NCBI GenBank assembly: GCA_032718475.1 | Contig: JAUCBJ010007339.1 | Span: 1-48,919, forward strand | Source of the DNA: Nemertoderma westbladi | Taxonomy: Eukaryota > Animalia > Xenacoelomorpha | Length of the DNA: 48,919 nt | Reading direction: 5' to 3' | Part shown: positions 1 through 12,252 of the stretch, piece by piece | How the letters are laid out: the number at the start of each line of letters is the position of its first letter | How positions within the stretch are numbered: the stretch's first letter is position 1 | The notes under the pieces: generated by a model | What the model was told of the DNA's origin: nothing | Database searches by the model: none | What the model saw: only the letters and a program-made list of their open reading frames with translations | Translations under genes and position numbers: made by a program

Positions 1-248
1 TTAGCGATCAATCGAATAATACAGTAGGCTTACACTGCAACCTTACACTGCAATAATAAAATCTAAGCATCCGAATTCAGCCTCCCGGGTGTAGATCCAT
101 CGGGTGAATGATCGCGCATGGGCTGGCTTCGGCTAATGTTTTGTTTATTAGCATAAAATATTGTCATATGCTAAAGGTGTGTTAATTAACTAAAAGACAT
201 ATAAATTTTGGCAGGTTAAACTGCTAAAGGTCTTCAAAAGCGCGAACA
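1..248 (+). repeat. Dispersed repeat, inverted partner of 5736-5956 (may extend left of the window)
   Basis: Reverse complement of 5736-5956 aligns from TTAGCGATCAATCGAATAATACAGTAGG through GGCTGGCTTCGGCTAATG to GGTTAAACTGC..AAGGTCTT.AAAAGCGCGAACA; roughly 75-85% identical by eye. Confidence 0.85.
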
Positions 249-2486
249 GCCGCTCCTTTGGTCTTGTCTCCTTTCAGGCTCCTGACCCTCGCTGTCACCT
301 CTTTACTAATCCCGGTCGTCGACTCCTTGGGCGCCGGTGTTATTAGCTCCCGGTATCGCTTCGCGGGTGGCCCCTCCGAGTGGCCCTGTTGTCTCCCCCT
401 GGTGGCGTCCCATAGGATCACTTTCATCGCCCGTGGCACATGCTCCGCCAAGAAATCCCTGAACTCTCCTCTGTTCTGTGGCGTCCACCTGTCCAAATAC
501 CTCTGCATATTTATCACCCTGGCATACGACGCCGCCGTCGCCACTTCCTGGTAGGTAAACGGAAGCCTCCGTTTGATAATCTCCATGTGGGCCTCCTGAT
601 TGATGTTAAAGAAGCCCCACCGGAACTCCTGGGCCTTTATACGTTGCCGAGTCATGGCCCCGACGTCGGCCCACTCCTCGAAGATCCTAAACTTTTCTTC
701 GTCATCCATCCAGTCGCACTGGCGTCCATAGTGCCCCCGAAAGTTGCACTTTGAACACCAGTTGTGCAACCGTGGACACGCCCCCATCCTGTGGCTCGAC
801 TCGCGGCAGTAGAGACAACTAGTCCCTTTCTGGAACCTGTACAATAGCTCCTTTCCTGGTGGGTCTGTCTCCCACAGTAGTCACAGCCGAGCACCAATGT
901 CTCCCGCCCCACGTCGTCTTTCATCCCAAGCGATCTCCGCGGTCTGTGGAGTCGCTGGTAAGCGAACTTCCGGACGTTAGCGTCCCTGTCCACGTCGATC
1001 TCCTCGCCCCTCCTGGGCATCGTCTCCCCGAATACTACCCGTGGTGCCGTTCCCAGTTGCTCGCCCAACCTGATGGTGCTCCCCGCGAAATCCATCGCCG
1101 GCTCCTCATGCCCCCAGGCCCGCTTGCCGGGTCTATCCCAGAAGGCCCTCGCCCCACTGGCCATCACCACCCTCCCGCCAACCCAGTCCGTGTCAGAGTG
1201 GCCGATCCTCCCGATGGGCGGCATCTCTCCGAACTCGTTGTCATCCTCGTCCTCCTCTGGGAGTGGCTCCAACCCCGGTATCCCGGTGGACCCACTGTGT
1301 CCCTTCCCTCCTTGGCTCTCGCCCGTGACTTTCCATCCTTCCAGCTCCCATAGCCTCCTTAGCGGGTGATCGCCCTCGGCGCCCGCTGGTATGGGCATCA
1401 TCTGCAATCCCGATGTCGACTGTTTCGGTGATCCCACCGTCCACCCTAATTCTCGTCCTAGAGACTCCCCCGAACTCCCTGATGATGCCAACGAAGTTTG
1501 TCTAAGGCCGCCTGTTCCTCGAAGACTTAGCTCTGTGCCCTAGCTTCCTCCTCCCTTTCTTCTGCTTCTCTCCTCTCCTGTCTAGCGATTTCTTCCAATC
1601 GCTTCGCCTCTCGTCTATCCGCCTCTAGCTGCTCCCATCTCTGATACGGCGTATCTACCTCCCCGTCTACCAGATGTCGGCTGTTATAGTACACCGACTC
1701 GCCCTTCAGCCCCGGGTGGTCTACCAGACCCTCGAAAGCCGTCTTGAAGGCTCTTCTGTAGCTTAGGGGTGATCCCAATAATAGGAATGCTGTTGGTTCC
1801 CTCTCGATAACCACGGTCATGAATAGGTTAAGCAAACCCATCATTATCCAGTCCTCCTGTAGGATATATCCTTTCTGATATACCTTTATCGCTCCTCTCC
1901 GGAATTGATACACCTCTTGTTTCCCTGGCCTCGCTCCCCACTTCAGCGATTTTGCCAAGTCCGCTCCGTACTCCTCTCTGAACTTACCCCAGTCCATTGG
2001 TTTGTGACACACGAGCCCCATTAGCTGGCCCATTGCCACCGCCCCACAATGGCCTGAGTTCTCCACTAGTCCCAACCCGTCTGGTGCTGTCATAGCCATG
2101 TAGACCGTCTGCGTATCCAGAAGGTTGGGGGTGTCTGGACCGATGATTCTCTCCGCATCATCGCGAATCGCCGATCCCACTTTCGTCGTCGACTTCTCTC
2201 TCACTAGGGTTTGCACCGCCTTCGGCAACCGGTTCAACTTCGGCCCGTCCTTCTTTCCATACATCCCTAGATTGAATAGGAATATATCCCCATTTGGCGT
2301 GCCCAAATGTAGGAGTATGGTTCTGGCCGACCCCGCCGATCCTCTCCTCGAACCTTCCTCGTCTTCCACGGTCCCCTCATCGTCTAGGACCATGTATCCT
2401 CCCCTGCTGACGGACTCTACGAACCTCTTCCAATCCTTCCTCGGTGGATCCCTTGCGTACTTCGGAATCCCGAATAAATTATTATT

Positions 2487-2519
<33 letters not shown>

Positions 2520-3898
2520 CCCGTACGGTCACACCAGTCCTGGGTCTGTCGTGCGGTCCATGTAAGTGGGGCATTAATAAACGTTTCCCTAACTTCCGGC
2601 TCCTCGTAAATACTCGAGCCAGCCTCGCTCTCTGACAGCCCCATCTGCGCCAGTTCCAGTCTGCGCCTCTGTTTGGCTTGATATTGCATAAGCCCCTTCA
2701 ACCGGGCATGCATACCATCCCACACACGTTTTCTTTCTCTCTCTCTCTCTCCATCCTCTCGTGAACTCTGATCGGCTAACTCTGCCTCTCTCGCAATCCT
2801 CCCAAGCCGTCTCGCCCCACGCTCTTTTCGCTCACTCTCTTCTCTCGCCGCCTCGCGCTCTTTACGTTCACTCTTTTCTCTTGCCTCACGCTCTTCTCCT
2901 CTTGCCTCACGCTCTTCTCGCTCCTTTCTTTCCCTCGTTTCTATCTCCTCATACTCCGTAAAGTTTCTCGCGACCCTCTCGGCCCTTTCTTTGTTCTCTC
3001 TAACCAGTTCTTTCTCCTTCTCTATCAACGCACTCTCTTCCTCTAACTGTCTCTCTAATTCTCTCTGGTCTAGCGCCGCCAGGTCGAGTTGGCACGCCAG
3101 ATCTATTGCCATCACCCGTCTTTCTTATGCGGAGGATGTAGCAGACTTATCGGTTACGACGGACTCCCTCCGCCTTCCCGTCCTACCAACTTTCCCCCGC
3201 CTCCCGGAATTTTCTCCGACCGACGAGACCGAATCCTCAGGGTTAACCTCGGATTCGCCCTCCTGCAGTCCCCTCCAACCCACTAATTTTATTCCCCGGG
3301 CATCGACTAAGTATGGCCCTATGTACACTACGCTAGGTTCCATACCCCTGCATTCCCATAGTTCAAACAGTTCGCTGGCAACCCCTCTCGCTCTCTCATC
3401 GGCTAGTTCTCCCTGCCCAAAGCGCACTAAGTAATCAAAATGTTTGTTCGACTCACCTAGCCGCTTCTTTAACTTCACCTCGTCTATCTTGGCCCCTCCT
3501 TTGGCTTCTCTTAGCTGCTTCCGGGTCGCGGCGTAGGCTCGTCGGAGCTGGTTGCTGACCCCGACGTCCTCGTCGCTGACGTCTCCTCTATACCTCCGTG
3601 TCTGGCGTCGTACCGGCGGCCCCACTGTCATCGTTCCGGTGGGCCGTCCGTCACCCTCGGCCTGTGGCTGGCCGGCGACATCGGCACGTCGACCGCCGCT
3701 CTGTGTCGACTCGTCTCTCTCCTCTCCCAACTCGTCCTCTCGTTGTAGACGGCCCCCCTCTGTTTGGATTGCCGGATCGCCTATGGTCGACAGATCCGGC
3801 ATCGTGGGTCGGTACCGTCGCGTCGCGGCCTCGTGGATCGTTAGGTCTTTATCATCGTCCGGGGTCCGCGGTGGTGTCGTCTCTCCTTCTCGACTCAT
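224..3898 (-). pseudogene. Disrupted ~1200-codon Gag-like polyprotein: coiled coil + DEDDy 3'-5' exonuclease-like domain + coiled coil + 3 CCHC zinc knuckles
   Basis: ORFs 3125-3898 and 2417-3115 are in the same frame, split by one TAA. Frame breaks at poly-C 2488-2518, ~1535 and ~840 link ORFs 1527-2393, 652-1491 and 224-844. Knuckles: CDYCGRQTHQERSYC, CLYCRESSHRMGAC, CSKCNFRGHYGRQC. Confidence 0.7.
1527..2393 (-). CDS. WRN/EXD-like DnaQ (DEDDy) 3'-5' exonuclease domain segment of the element ORF
   Basis: ExoI-like VLDDEG; LLHLGT...IFLFNL; LPKAVQTLV; ExoII-like KVGSAIRDD; LLDTQ; ExoIII-like YQKGYILQED. Confidence 0.65.
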   Translation of the reverse strand: MVLDDEGTVEDEEGSRRGSAGSARTILLHLGTPNGDIFLFNLGMYGKKDGPKLNRLPKAVQTLVREKSTTKVGSAIRDDAERIIGPDTPNLLDTQTVYMAMTAPDGLGLVENSGHCGAVAMGQLMGLVCHKPMDWGKFREEYGADLAKSLKWGARPGKQEVYQFRRGAIKVYQKGYILQEDWIMMGLLNLFMTVVIEREPTAFLLLGSPLSYRRAFKTAFEGLVDHPGLKGESVYYNSRHLVDGEVDTPYQRWEQLEADRREAKRLEEIARQERREAEEREEEARAQS

Positions 3899-3958
3899 GG
3901 TTGTCTCTTTAGTCGGTGGCTGGTTGTCACAGTCTCAGGCAGTTTGGGTTCTTATCAC

Positions 3959-4535
3959 TGTGACGGGATCCGAGAATCCCGATTTATCCGGTGTCTTATC
4001 TACGCGTCCCCGCCGTGTGTGTGTATGAAAAAGAGTTCTGGAGTTGTTGAATAACTCTGACTATTGTTGATATATATAAGATAGCATATAAGCACAGTTG
4101 AATAAAGTGAATGAAAAGTACCGGTAATACACTGAATGATGGTGGTGGCAGTAGACGGAGACGGTGATAAGAGTTCCGGTACTGCCCTAACTAACTGACT
4201 CACTAAAAGTGAATGAATAATACAATAAATGGTAATATATATTGCACTGGTTGGCCGTATTACGTTACTCAGTGGATGCCTTCCCCCCATTGGCTAATAA
4301 CTCACTTCTCGCCCTCCCATCTCTCTGGGAGTGTTTCCCCCTGCTGCTATTACTCTCTCCCTCCCGGAGGTGTAACCTCTGACCCCCGCTGTGTGTTCCC
4401 TTTGGGGTTTGTCGCCCCGTTTATTGGGGTGACACGATTTTTGATTGGTGATCAACCTCGTGCTCCCAATATTGCTTAAAGGCCCTGCTTTCCCACTTTG
4501 TGGGGGTTGGTGAGGCGGAATTGAATACGCTCACA
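3959..4535 (-). repeat. Candidate LTR (577 bp, TGTGA...TCACA)
   Basis: 5-bp inverted ends. On the minus strand: CCAAT (~4290), TATATA (~4238) and TCAGTT (~4197) in promoter order; ends 60 nt before ATG 3898. No second copy and no clear PBS in the window. Confidence 0.5.
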
Positions 4536-4920
4536 GAAAAGCTCCGCTCACATTCGCATGAAGATAAGGGCAAACCAGTAATAGTCTTAGTAACTGAAAT
4601 AGGGAAATAGGTTTTTCACGTCTGCTGACATTGCTTTATCCTATGACACAGCCTTACTTAGGGAACTGGATTTGGTAGAGCGATTGAACATTTTCAATTC
4701 AAGTTCAATAAGGCTGTCACCACTCAGTTCTGGATATTGACTAACAATCTCACGGTTAACTGTCCCAGTTGTTAAACATTTCTCTAACTCGATGTAATTT
4801 TTGAAACTACTATTGTCCGGAGAAAATCTGTCACGTAACTCAGAGAGTATGTTATCGATAAATTTGAAGTATATGGTGCGGAAAAGCGCCTCTACAGTTA
4901 GAGCCTGATATTGAATCACA
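4536..4920 (-). pseudogene. hAT (ZMYM1-like) transposase C-terminal fragment
   Basis: FIDNILSELRDRFS...YPEL...ELKMF, then LRLLLVCP/SSCECERSFS dimerization-domain motif, with stop and frameshift. Confidence 0.8.
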
Positions 4921-5735
4921 GGGCTTGAATGAAGCCTCAGCTGATTGAGCTGAACATTATACTTTTTACTAGAATAATTATTATATTATTTGGTTTAATA
5001 GAAATTAATAAATTTAATAAATTATTAATAAAGATTATATTATAAAAAATATTTTATAAAAAAACTGCCAAATTCGCTTTTTAACCTCAGGTGAATCTCG
5101 TGATAAAATGAACAGAAATTATTTCGAGAAACTGAAAGTTTTCTCTCTTAAATTAACTGGCGGTTGTAATATCCTTTGATTCAGGGCATGTTTTATGAAA
5201 TTTATACCGGTGGGCCAATTTAAAAAAGGGCACTTTTATATACAGAAATTTTATTTAGAAATTAAAATAGCCAATTAAACAATTAAAAATAGGTTAATTA
5301 ATTAATTAAAATAGTAAAAGATATTAGCTGCAAAGATATACAATTATAATGAATATTATTAACAACACAATTACAATACTAAACTATACTATTGAGTAAT
5401 GCGCCCATAACGCAAACCATGGACAAATAACACTATATTGCAGTGCGCCATTGTGTTTTCAATATTGGAGGGATACCCTTCCTATTGTATACGCTTACTG
5501 GTATACCCCAACTAAGGGCCCTCATATTTTGTTTCACTGGCAAAGTTACAGTAGGCCTATGTTAGCATTGGATGGATGCCCTGCCCACTCATGAGGCTTC
5601 TCAAATCCACAGTCGGCTACGTCATTGGCAGACAACCAATAGAAACAACTAACATTCACTTTAAAATGTTTCTACTTGTTTCTACCACTCTATTAGCTGA
5701 CTGATTCACCCCATGTTAAATGAATATATGTTCTG

Positions 5736-5956
5736 TGTTCGCGCTTTTAAGACCTTAGGCAGTTTAACCCGCCTAATTTTAGGTGTCTTTTAGTTTGTAA
5801 ATCGACTTTAGCCTACGACGAGTATTTGATACACTACATTAGCCGAAGCCAGCCTATGCGCGATTATTCACCCGCTGGATATACCCGGGAGACTGGATTC
5901 GGGGGCTCTGACCTTATTGCGGTGTAGGCCTACTGTATTATTCGATTGATCGTTAA
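5736..5956 (-). repeat. Dispersed repeat, inverted partner of 1-248
   Basis: Direct alignment with the reverse complement of 1-248. Confidence 0.85.
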
Positions 5957-7964
5957 TATATAATCTCTGACAATATTATTCACTTTCGGGAAATATTAAC
6001 AGTTCTTTTAGGACGTGGCGCTCTAAATATATAAACAGAGCTATGACTTACACTAAACACAACGGGATGGCTTATGATTCACGTATAAGGCGCATTCTTT
6101 AGGAGATGCTTAGTTATCTGTCCCAATCATGCACACTACCGGTATCGCACAATACTGCACACTGATCTGCCGACCTTTACTAATTTTAGTCACATATAAA
6201 GAGAACAGCAATTGACCCATGTAGCGCCTATGAAATAGCATTAGATTCACTCCAAACCAATATCATATAAGTCGCAATTGCTATATGTAACCGGTCTCTT
6301 ACCTTCAGTATATCAAGAAGATGGGTTTTTAGGATTATTTATCGATATTATCCAAATAATATAACGATATTCCATCAACAGATACAATTAATAAACACTG
6401 ACAGTAAATAGCAGTAAAATAATGCGGTGTGTAAGTTTGAGGTTCGATAACAGTTATACAGTACGTTCCGGTAATCAAAGCCGTTCTAATGTTTTGGCTA
6501 AAGTCTGAAACAGAATAATTCCATAGCCGATGTTCATGGCATCAGGAAAACCAACACACTGAAACCTGTGGGCTGTTGTAGGCAGCTTTCAACACAAAGA
6601 GAAATAGCTCTCATTGGCAGAACTCCAGATTCTGTAGGTTCCACGAATGTCTAAATGCCGAACTATTCGGGTTTTTGCAGCCCTTAGCCAACACACAGGA
6701 TGAATCACTCTGCTTGGTTGACCTTGCTCTGGTTGGTTGATCGAACAGAACAAAGAGGCCATACGTACAGCAAATCAGCCAATCAGCCGGTAGCTTGCAT
6801 CATTTGAGTTAGGGAGTTTTTCTTTAGAGTATTTGAGCGCATTGAGGGAAACTGGATTGCGAAGCAAAAGGGCCAGTTATATCCCACAAAAGCTTTTACA
6901 TTCTGGAATTAATATTTTCGATTTTTCCAAATACAGTAACTATCTAAATGCGGTTAGAATGTCTTTAAAATCATTATTTAAAAAAATAAAGGTCTTGAAT
7001 TTTTGGAGGCCCCATGTTATAATGTGACCCCGAGGCCGAGGCCTGATGGCCTTGTTAGCCTAGGCGGTAATCATGCGCTGCTCACAATGAGGCTATGATC
7101 TTCCCACCCCCACTCCCCCCCCCCCCCCCCAAGTTTTTCGCCTCTGCTATTAATTGACTTAATATTAGTCCAGAGGTGCATATTAATTGATTAAATACGT
7201 TTCCAGAGGTGCCTATTAATTGACAGGCAGAGGTTCCTGAAAAGAGAAAAATAAGTATGGACTCAATCAGCCACCGTAAAATACAACTGGTGTAGAAGGT
7301 CGTTGCTACAGTACCATCTACCAACTAATAAAAATACATGTAGGTATACTGTACCAGGCGCGTCGGAAAATAGAGGATAGCAAGGGTCAGTTCAAATAAT
7401 ACTGTAATATTATTGGAAAATATGAATACTGTATAATATAAATTATTGGCAAGTAATATGCACCAATGTCTCTAATACTGTAGTAGTTAAGCTGTTCCAT
7501 GATGGCAGCGGTTCCTATATCTAATTGGACATTGGGTTGGGTTCAGCTCCTTGCGTAGCAAGTTATTATTGTATCACATAATGCGGTGGCAGTTGTTCTC
7601 AGATGGGGAGTGGGTTCCATGGGTTCAAAGGTTCTCTCATTATCTTAACAATTTTTAGGACGTTCGCTGCCAAAGTACCATAAAAAAAATGGAGAAATTA
7701 TCCTTAAAATGGTTCAATTTAAAGTTTAAAGGTTCATTAAAGTTTCCACAGTAACATTATTGTTAGTCAATTTACTTTTGACCGAGCAGGACATGATACT
7801 GTAATATGGGGTAGACCCTACCATCTGCAGGATAATTTTATTTGTAAACATGAAACGCCATTAAGTTGGCTTGGAACGAACCTGCAATTGTAACTTTCAC
7901 CTAAATCGCTTACCGGACCGTTCTGACCCAGGATTTCCAACTGTACAGTATGTGCGTGCAATCC

Positions 7965-8253
7965 GTGTCCCAATGTGTCCGAGTGGATATAGCGCCAGAA
8001 CTGATTTCACAATAATGTATGGCGGCGCAGGTTCAAATCCGAGTAAAAGCTGTAGAAATTTCGGATTATTTGTGTCCCTATAGGCAAGAAAATTTAGGCG
8101 CTGTGTTTACGCAAACCCAGCGGTACAATTGGGAATCTGAAATCTGATGGGAGAGTAAAGTGGCTACAGGCCATGATCGGATGATATGGCGCAACAGATA
8201 TAATAGCCATAATTGTTTCTGCCGGGCTATAAAGTCATACAATTATTATTATA
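7965..8253 (+). mobile_element. tRNA-derived SINE
   Basis: Pol III A-box-like TGTCCGAGTGG (7976-7986), B box GGTTCAAATCC (8030-8040), SINE core-like GTGTCCCTATAGGCAAG and ACCCAGCGGTACAATTGGG, (ATT)n tail near 8243-8253. Confidence 0.65.
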
Positions 8254-8950
8254 CAGTATACAAATACTGTAGCAATGTTATTCCGTATCATTCCGTTTCG
8301 ATAGCATGCTGTTTCGAACAATGGCCAAGCACGGCGTAATTGCTATACCATGATAAGCGGGCGACAGACGGTATTCAAACAGGGAGTTAGGCAAACGAGA
8401 TATTACATCAATAAATAGGATATGCAAATGAGTCCGCCGTATTAACTTATCCTTTCTTTGCTATAAATGAGTCCGCCGTATTAAATGCGAGTTTACGCAA
8501 ACTGGCCGTTACGCAAACAAGACTTAAAGCAATCAGGACGTTTTTGACAAACAACTTTAAATCTGGTGTAATGTCTCGTTGTCATAGAGCCCAGTTTGCA
8601 TAAAATGTCCTACCCACCTACACACAGCAGTCCCTAACAGTCTAAAGTATGATACTCCATTTCAAGCACATACGTACGAAGAGTGTGGAAAAAAATAAAG
8701 AAAAATTTGTAATGAGGAAAAGTCTAATGTCGCGTTTGCGTAACGTCATGTTTGCGTGGCGTCAGCTCGCCTGCTAAACAGTATGATTCTGTAGTATACC
8801 GCGTGATATATGGTTCCTTATCCCACATAGCTACTGTAGTCCGTACGGGCATGAGTCTTAAAATATATAAATGTAATGGCAGTTGTTCTCAGGTAGAACG
8901 TTTTCTAGATAAATGACGTAACATGAATTGTGACGTCATAGTTAGTCTTA

Positions 8951-9146
8951 GGCCGCGTTCACACTACCGAGTCAAAGTCAAAGTCAAAAGAAAATAAATA
9001 TAGCTAGCTAGCAATAATAAATAATAATACATTATATAGGCCTAATATAATACATAATGGCGTTCTAGAAAAAAATAGATTTCTTGTTATTTTTTTTACA
9101 TTTTGTCTTTTGACTTTGACTTTGACTCGGTAGTGTGAACGCGGCC
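8951..9146. mobile_element. MITE with 41-bp perfect TIRs (PIF/Harbinger-like ends)
   Basis: GGCCGCGTTCACACTACCGAGTCAAAGTCAAAGTCAAAAGA at both ends, inverted; flanked by TTA / TAA. Confidence 0.9.
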
Positions 9147-9436
9147 TAATAAAGGTTAACAATATATACCATAAATTTAATTTATATCAAACTAACGTAA
9201 TGGTAAAATGTAACGTATGTACGTAGTACGTTTTTATCAATCGTTTGAAGGACTATTCTACTGTTGTACTGGAAGTGTTTCTGATACCATTCCGTATCGA
9301 ATTCCATACAAAAGGGGCGGCTACAGAGAATGCACGTCTACCGTAATTTTCAAGATTGTAGCGTTGTGTAGAAAATAACATTGTATGAAAGAACGAAGTT
9401 CAGTTGGACAGTACAGAGATATTAATTCACTTTATA

Positions 9437-10225
9437 CACCATGTCCGGGAATATAATCTTAAAGAGAGGGCATGAAATTTGAAACAGAGATAGTTTCACC
9501 TCCCTCCTCATTCATGAGCCTAAATTTTTATTTTTTTTTCTATCTTTAGCTACAAGTGTTTGAAAAATGTGTCTCCGGCGATATTCCACAGGTCACAGTG
9601 CAATCATTCTTCAACCTTATAGTGATGTGATGGTACCAATAGAAAGCTGCCCATGCAAGGATTCCAAATATGTAAAAACATTTGAATTTGGTTGGGAAAT
9701 AGCTGATAGATATGGGCATTCGAATGTTGCATGTATTTGGCTTCCCCTGCAGGCAATTTATTATATTTAATAAAATGTACCATATTCTATAACATTTTGT
9801 TTATTCCAATGGGCAACAATGCAATACCTCTTTAAATATACTAATACGTAGCTATTCATAAATAAACAAAATGTTCTTGAATATTGTATTTTTATTTAAT
9901 AGAATAAAATAGCCTCATGCAGATGCAAAACAATGCTTTCAACAAAATTAAGATTATGTTACATATTTGGAATCCCTACATGGCCAGCTTTCCATCAGTA
10001 GGCTACCAACAAATCACGATAAGGTTGAAGAATAACTTTTTTAAACCCTTGTAGTTAAAGATTGAAAACAAAAATAAATATTACGGCTCATCCACGGAAG
10101 AGGAGGGAGGTGGAACCATCTCTATTTCAAATTTCATGTAATCTCATTAGGATTGGTAGAAAAATTTGGGGGGTGGTGCCCAGGTGCGTGATTAACGACA
10201 CTATACTGTATTCCAGGACATTGTG
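9437..10225. mobile_element. Old MITE with long imperfect inverted arms
   Basis: CACCATGTCC / GGACATTGTG ends; internal inverted matches CATGAAATTTGAAA, CACCTCCCTCCTC, TTCTTCAACCTTAT, GATTCCAAATATGTAA; TA on the left flank. Confidence 0.75.
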
Positions 10226-10631
10226 TTTGTAGGTACCATTCCATTAAGACATTTAAAAACCATTAGGCCTAGAGCGCAATCTTAAAAGTTAATTCTGTAA
10301 GGAACTTTTGTGAACATTGCAGAATAATCGAGTAGCCCTGTTTTGTACGTACTGTAGTTTCCTAATACTCCGTTGTGGTAGACCATAACATAGTGCATTG
10401 TTGTAATCATCTTGTTGGAAATAAACGCATAACGTTTAACCTTAGAAATATTTCTCAAGTGATAAAAGAAGTCTGCACAACTTTACTGATTTGTTTGTCG
10501 AGAGAAAGATGTTCGTGTCTCTAGCAAATTGACAGAAATTGAGGAGTTAATCTCAAGTTCTTATTAATGTAATAAATAGTAATTCTTATCTGTGAATTTG
10601 ATATTCACCTGAGAAACATAGCCGGACCACA

Positions 10632-10795
10632 TGTTGTTGATAAGTCGGTATAGCATTCCTAATGCATATGCTGCGCGGGGCATGCCAAATTGTGGATTTC
10701 ATGGTGGCGGCAAAAATATTTTTTCTTAAGCCAGCAGCAGAGCATCTCAATGTGCAACTTCAATGCAGCAGGTGGATTATAGCAGTAGTAGTACA
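10632..10795 (+). mobile_element. 3' end fragment of the RTE-like LINE family seen at 26390-27463
   Basis: Shares TTGTTGATAAG.CGG.ATAGCATTCCTAATGCA and TTCAATGCAGCAGG..GATTA followed by a (GTA)n tail. Confidence 0.75.
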
Positions 10796-11375
10796 GTATG
10801 CTTACTGGTGCTCATCAAATGAGGTAATTGTTAAATTTTTGTATAGAAGAATGCTACAAAGCTGACATGCTTTAATTAAATACATAAAGATTTCGTTGCA
10901 AAAATTATTGATAAATAAATATAATTACTGTATCTTACAGTACTAAAAAAAAATGTGTAGCTCATCGCACGTAACTTTTCATTTGCTGCAATAGGGTAAA
11001 TATTTTCGAGCTACGCGTAGTTTGTAACTTCCATTCCTGTCATTTACCGGTAGGGCCCGACTTACTGCCTTTAACAACTACGCGTAGGTGTTTTAACGTG
11101 AATGTGTCGAACTACGCGTTGGTCGAAAAGATTTTCCCCTGCAATACTGTAACACTTCAATAATAAGGTACCGGAAAGAAAGGCCTACCAACGTTACAGT
11201 GACAGTACTGCAGTACCCAGGTACCGGTACCTTGTCGTTACCCACATCCAGTACATACAGCTGTACAGCCATACATATACTGATATCAGGATATAGTCAG
11301 ACAGTTCGGTAGGTATTGCAGTATAGCAGTAGGCCCAATCCTGCTACGGTGCTATTGCAGTATTGGAAGAAAACA

Positions 11376-11462
11376 ATGGCTGCTACGTTAATTGGAGTGC
11401 CTATTAAAGTTATGCACGAAGCGGAAGGTCATATTGTTACCTTAGAAACTACAACCGGGGAG
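11376..11462 (+). CDS. SNRPD3: Small nuclear ribonucleoprotein Sm D3, coding exon 1
   Basis: [29 protein letters not shown], then GTAAGT donor (phase 0). Confidence 0.95.
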
Positions 11463-12252
11463 GTAAGTCAGTCAACAGTTTAAAGGGAAGTAGCAGGTTC
11501 TAATGCTATAATGATGTAATGACTATGGAATGAATATAATTTAGGCCAAACTTAATTATAATTATCTGAATTATAGCCAGGCCAGATAGCTGCTGAGCTG
11601 CTTCCCGGAGTGCGGAGTGCTACCGCTAACGGCTGACCGCTAGACTAGCAAACTACCGGTAGCACTACGGCTGTTCGGGCTGACCAGCCTGCCAGCCGTG
11701 TGCGTTTAGCAGCCGTCGAAAGTCAGAGCCTTACATACAGCCTTCAGGCCTTAGGGCGGTAGGGTCGCATCCGCCCGCAGCCGACTGTTTCCTTTAATAC
11801 TGTAATACTGTGGCTGAATGGTACATACTGCAGTAGGCCTACTGGCAGACTGGTGTCACAGACGAAAATGCCCCCCGGGCGCGGGGCATTCCGACAGTGG
11901 ACAGTCCGACAGAGAGTGGAGGTCCGATACCATAATTCGAAGTGTAATCAGGTACCGGTAACAGGGTAATCGTAATGCGGTAATGGCGGCCCGATAGGGC
12001 GAAATCCTAATTAAAACTGTCGTATCCATAAGCTGCTAAGACAATCAACGGCAAGGGTCCGAAATTCCACAAAATTAATTATATTAGAGCCTCATGTGAT
12101 GTATGTCGTAGAGTTAGGGTTACAAGATTTGCCCGGACAGCGGTATTTAATTAGTTTTTAAATTTTTCCTTTCTTTTAGGTTTAGCTAATCTCCTAACGC
12201 CTACTTACTCCTCTATAATCAGATAATATTATTCGCTCATTCTATTCTATAG

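Larger units (their letters stand above)
250..4535 (-). mobile_element. 3'-truncated LTR-like retroelement with a Gag-like/exonuclease ORF; no pol in window
   Basis: Sharp GC-rich block. Right edge TGTGAGCG (minus strand) interrupts a hAT CERSFS motif; left edge abuts repeat 1-248. Contains CCHC knuckles. Confidence 0.65.

Noticed and set aside
258-4028. Plus-strand ORFs over the GC-rich element, and similar antisense ORFs over DCP1 and the Gypsy pol
   Set aside because: Shadow frames of GC-rich coding sequence with no recognisable motifs
4536-4552. TGTGAGCGG at 4552 (minus strand) as the LTR start
   Set aside because: It encodes CERSFS of the hAT transposase; the real junction is the second TGTGAGCG at 4535
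7965-8045. tRNA gene
   Set aside because: A and B boxes are present but there is no cloverleaf, and it continues into a SINE-like body and tail
11981-12010. GCCC-gata-GGGC-GAAA resembling hammerhead stem II in the SmD3 intron
   Set aside because: No CUGANGA core upstream and no stem I or III
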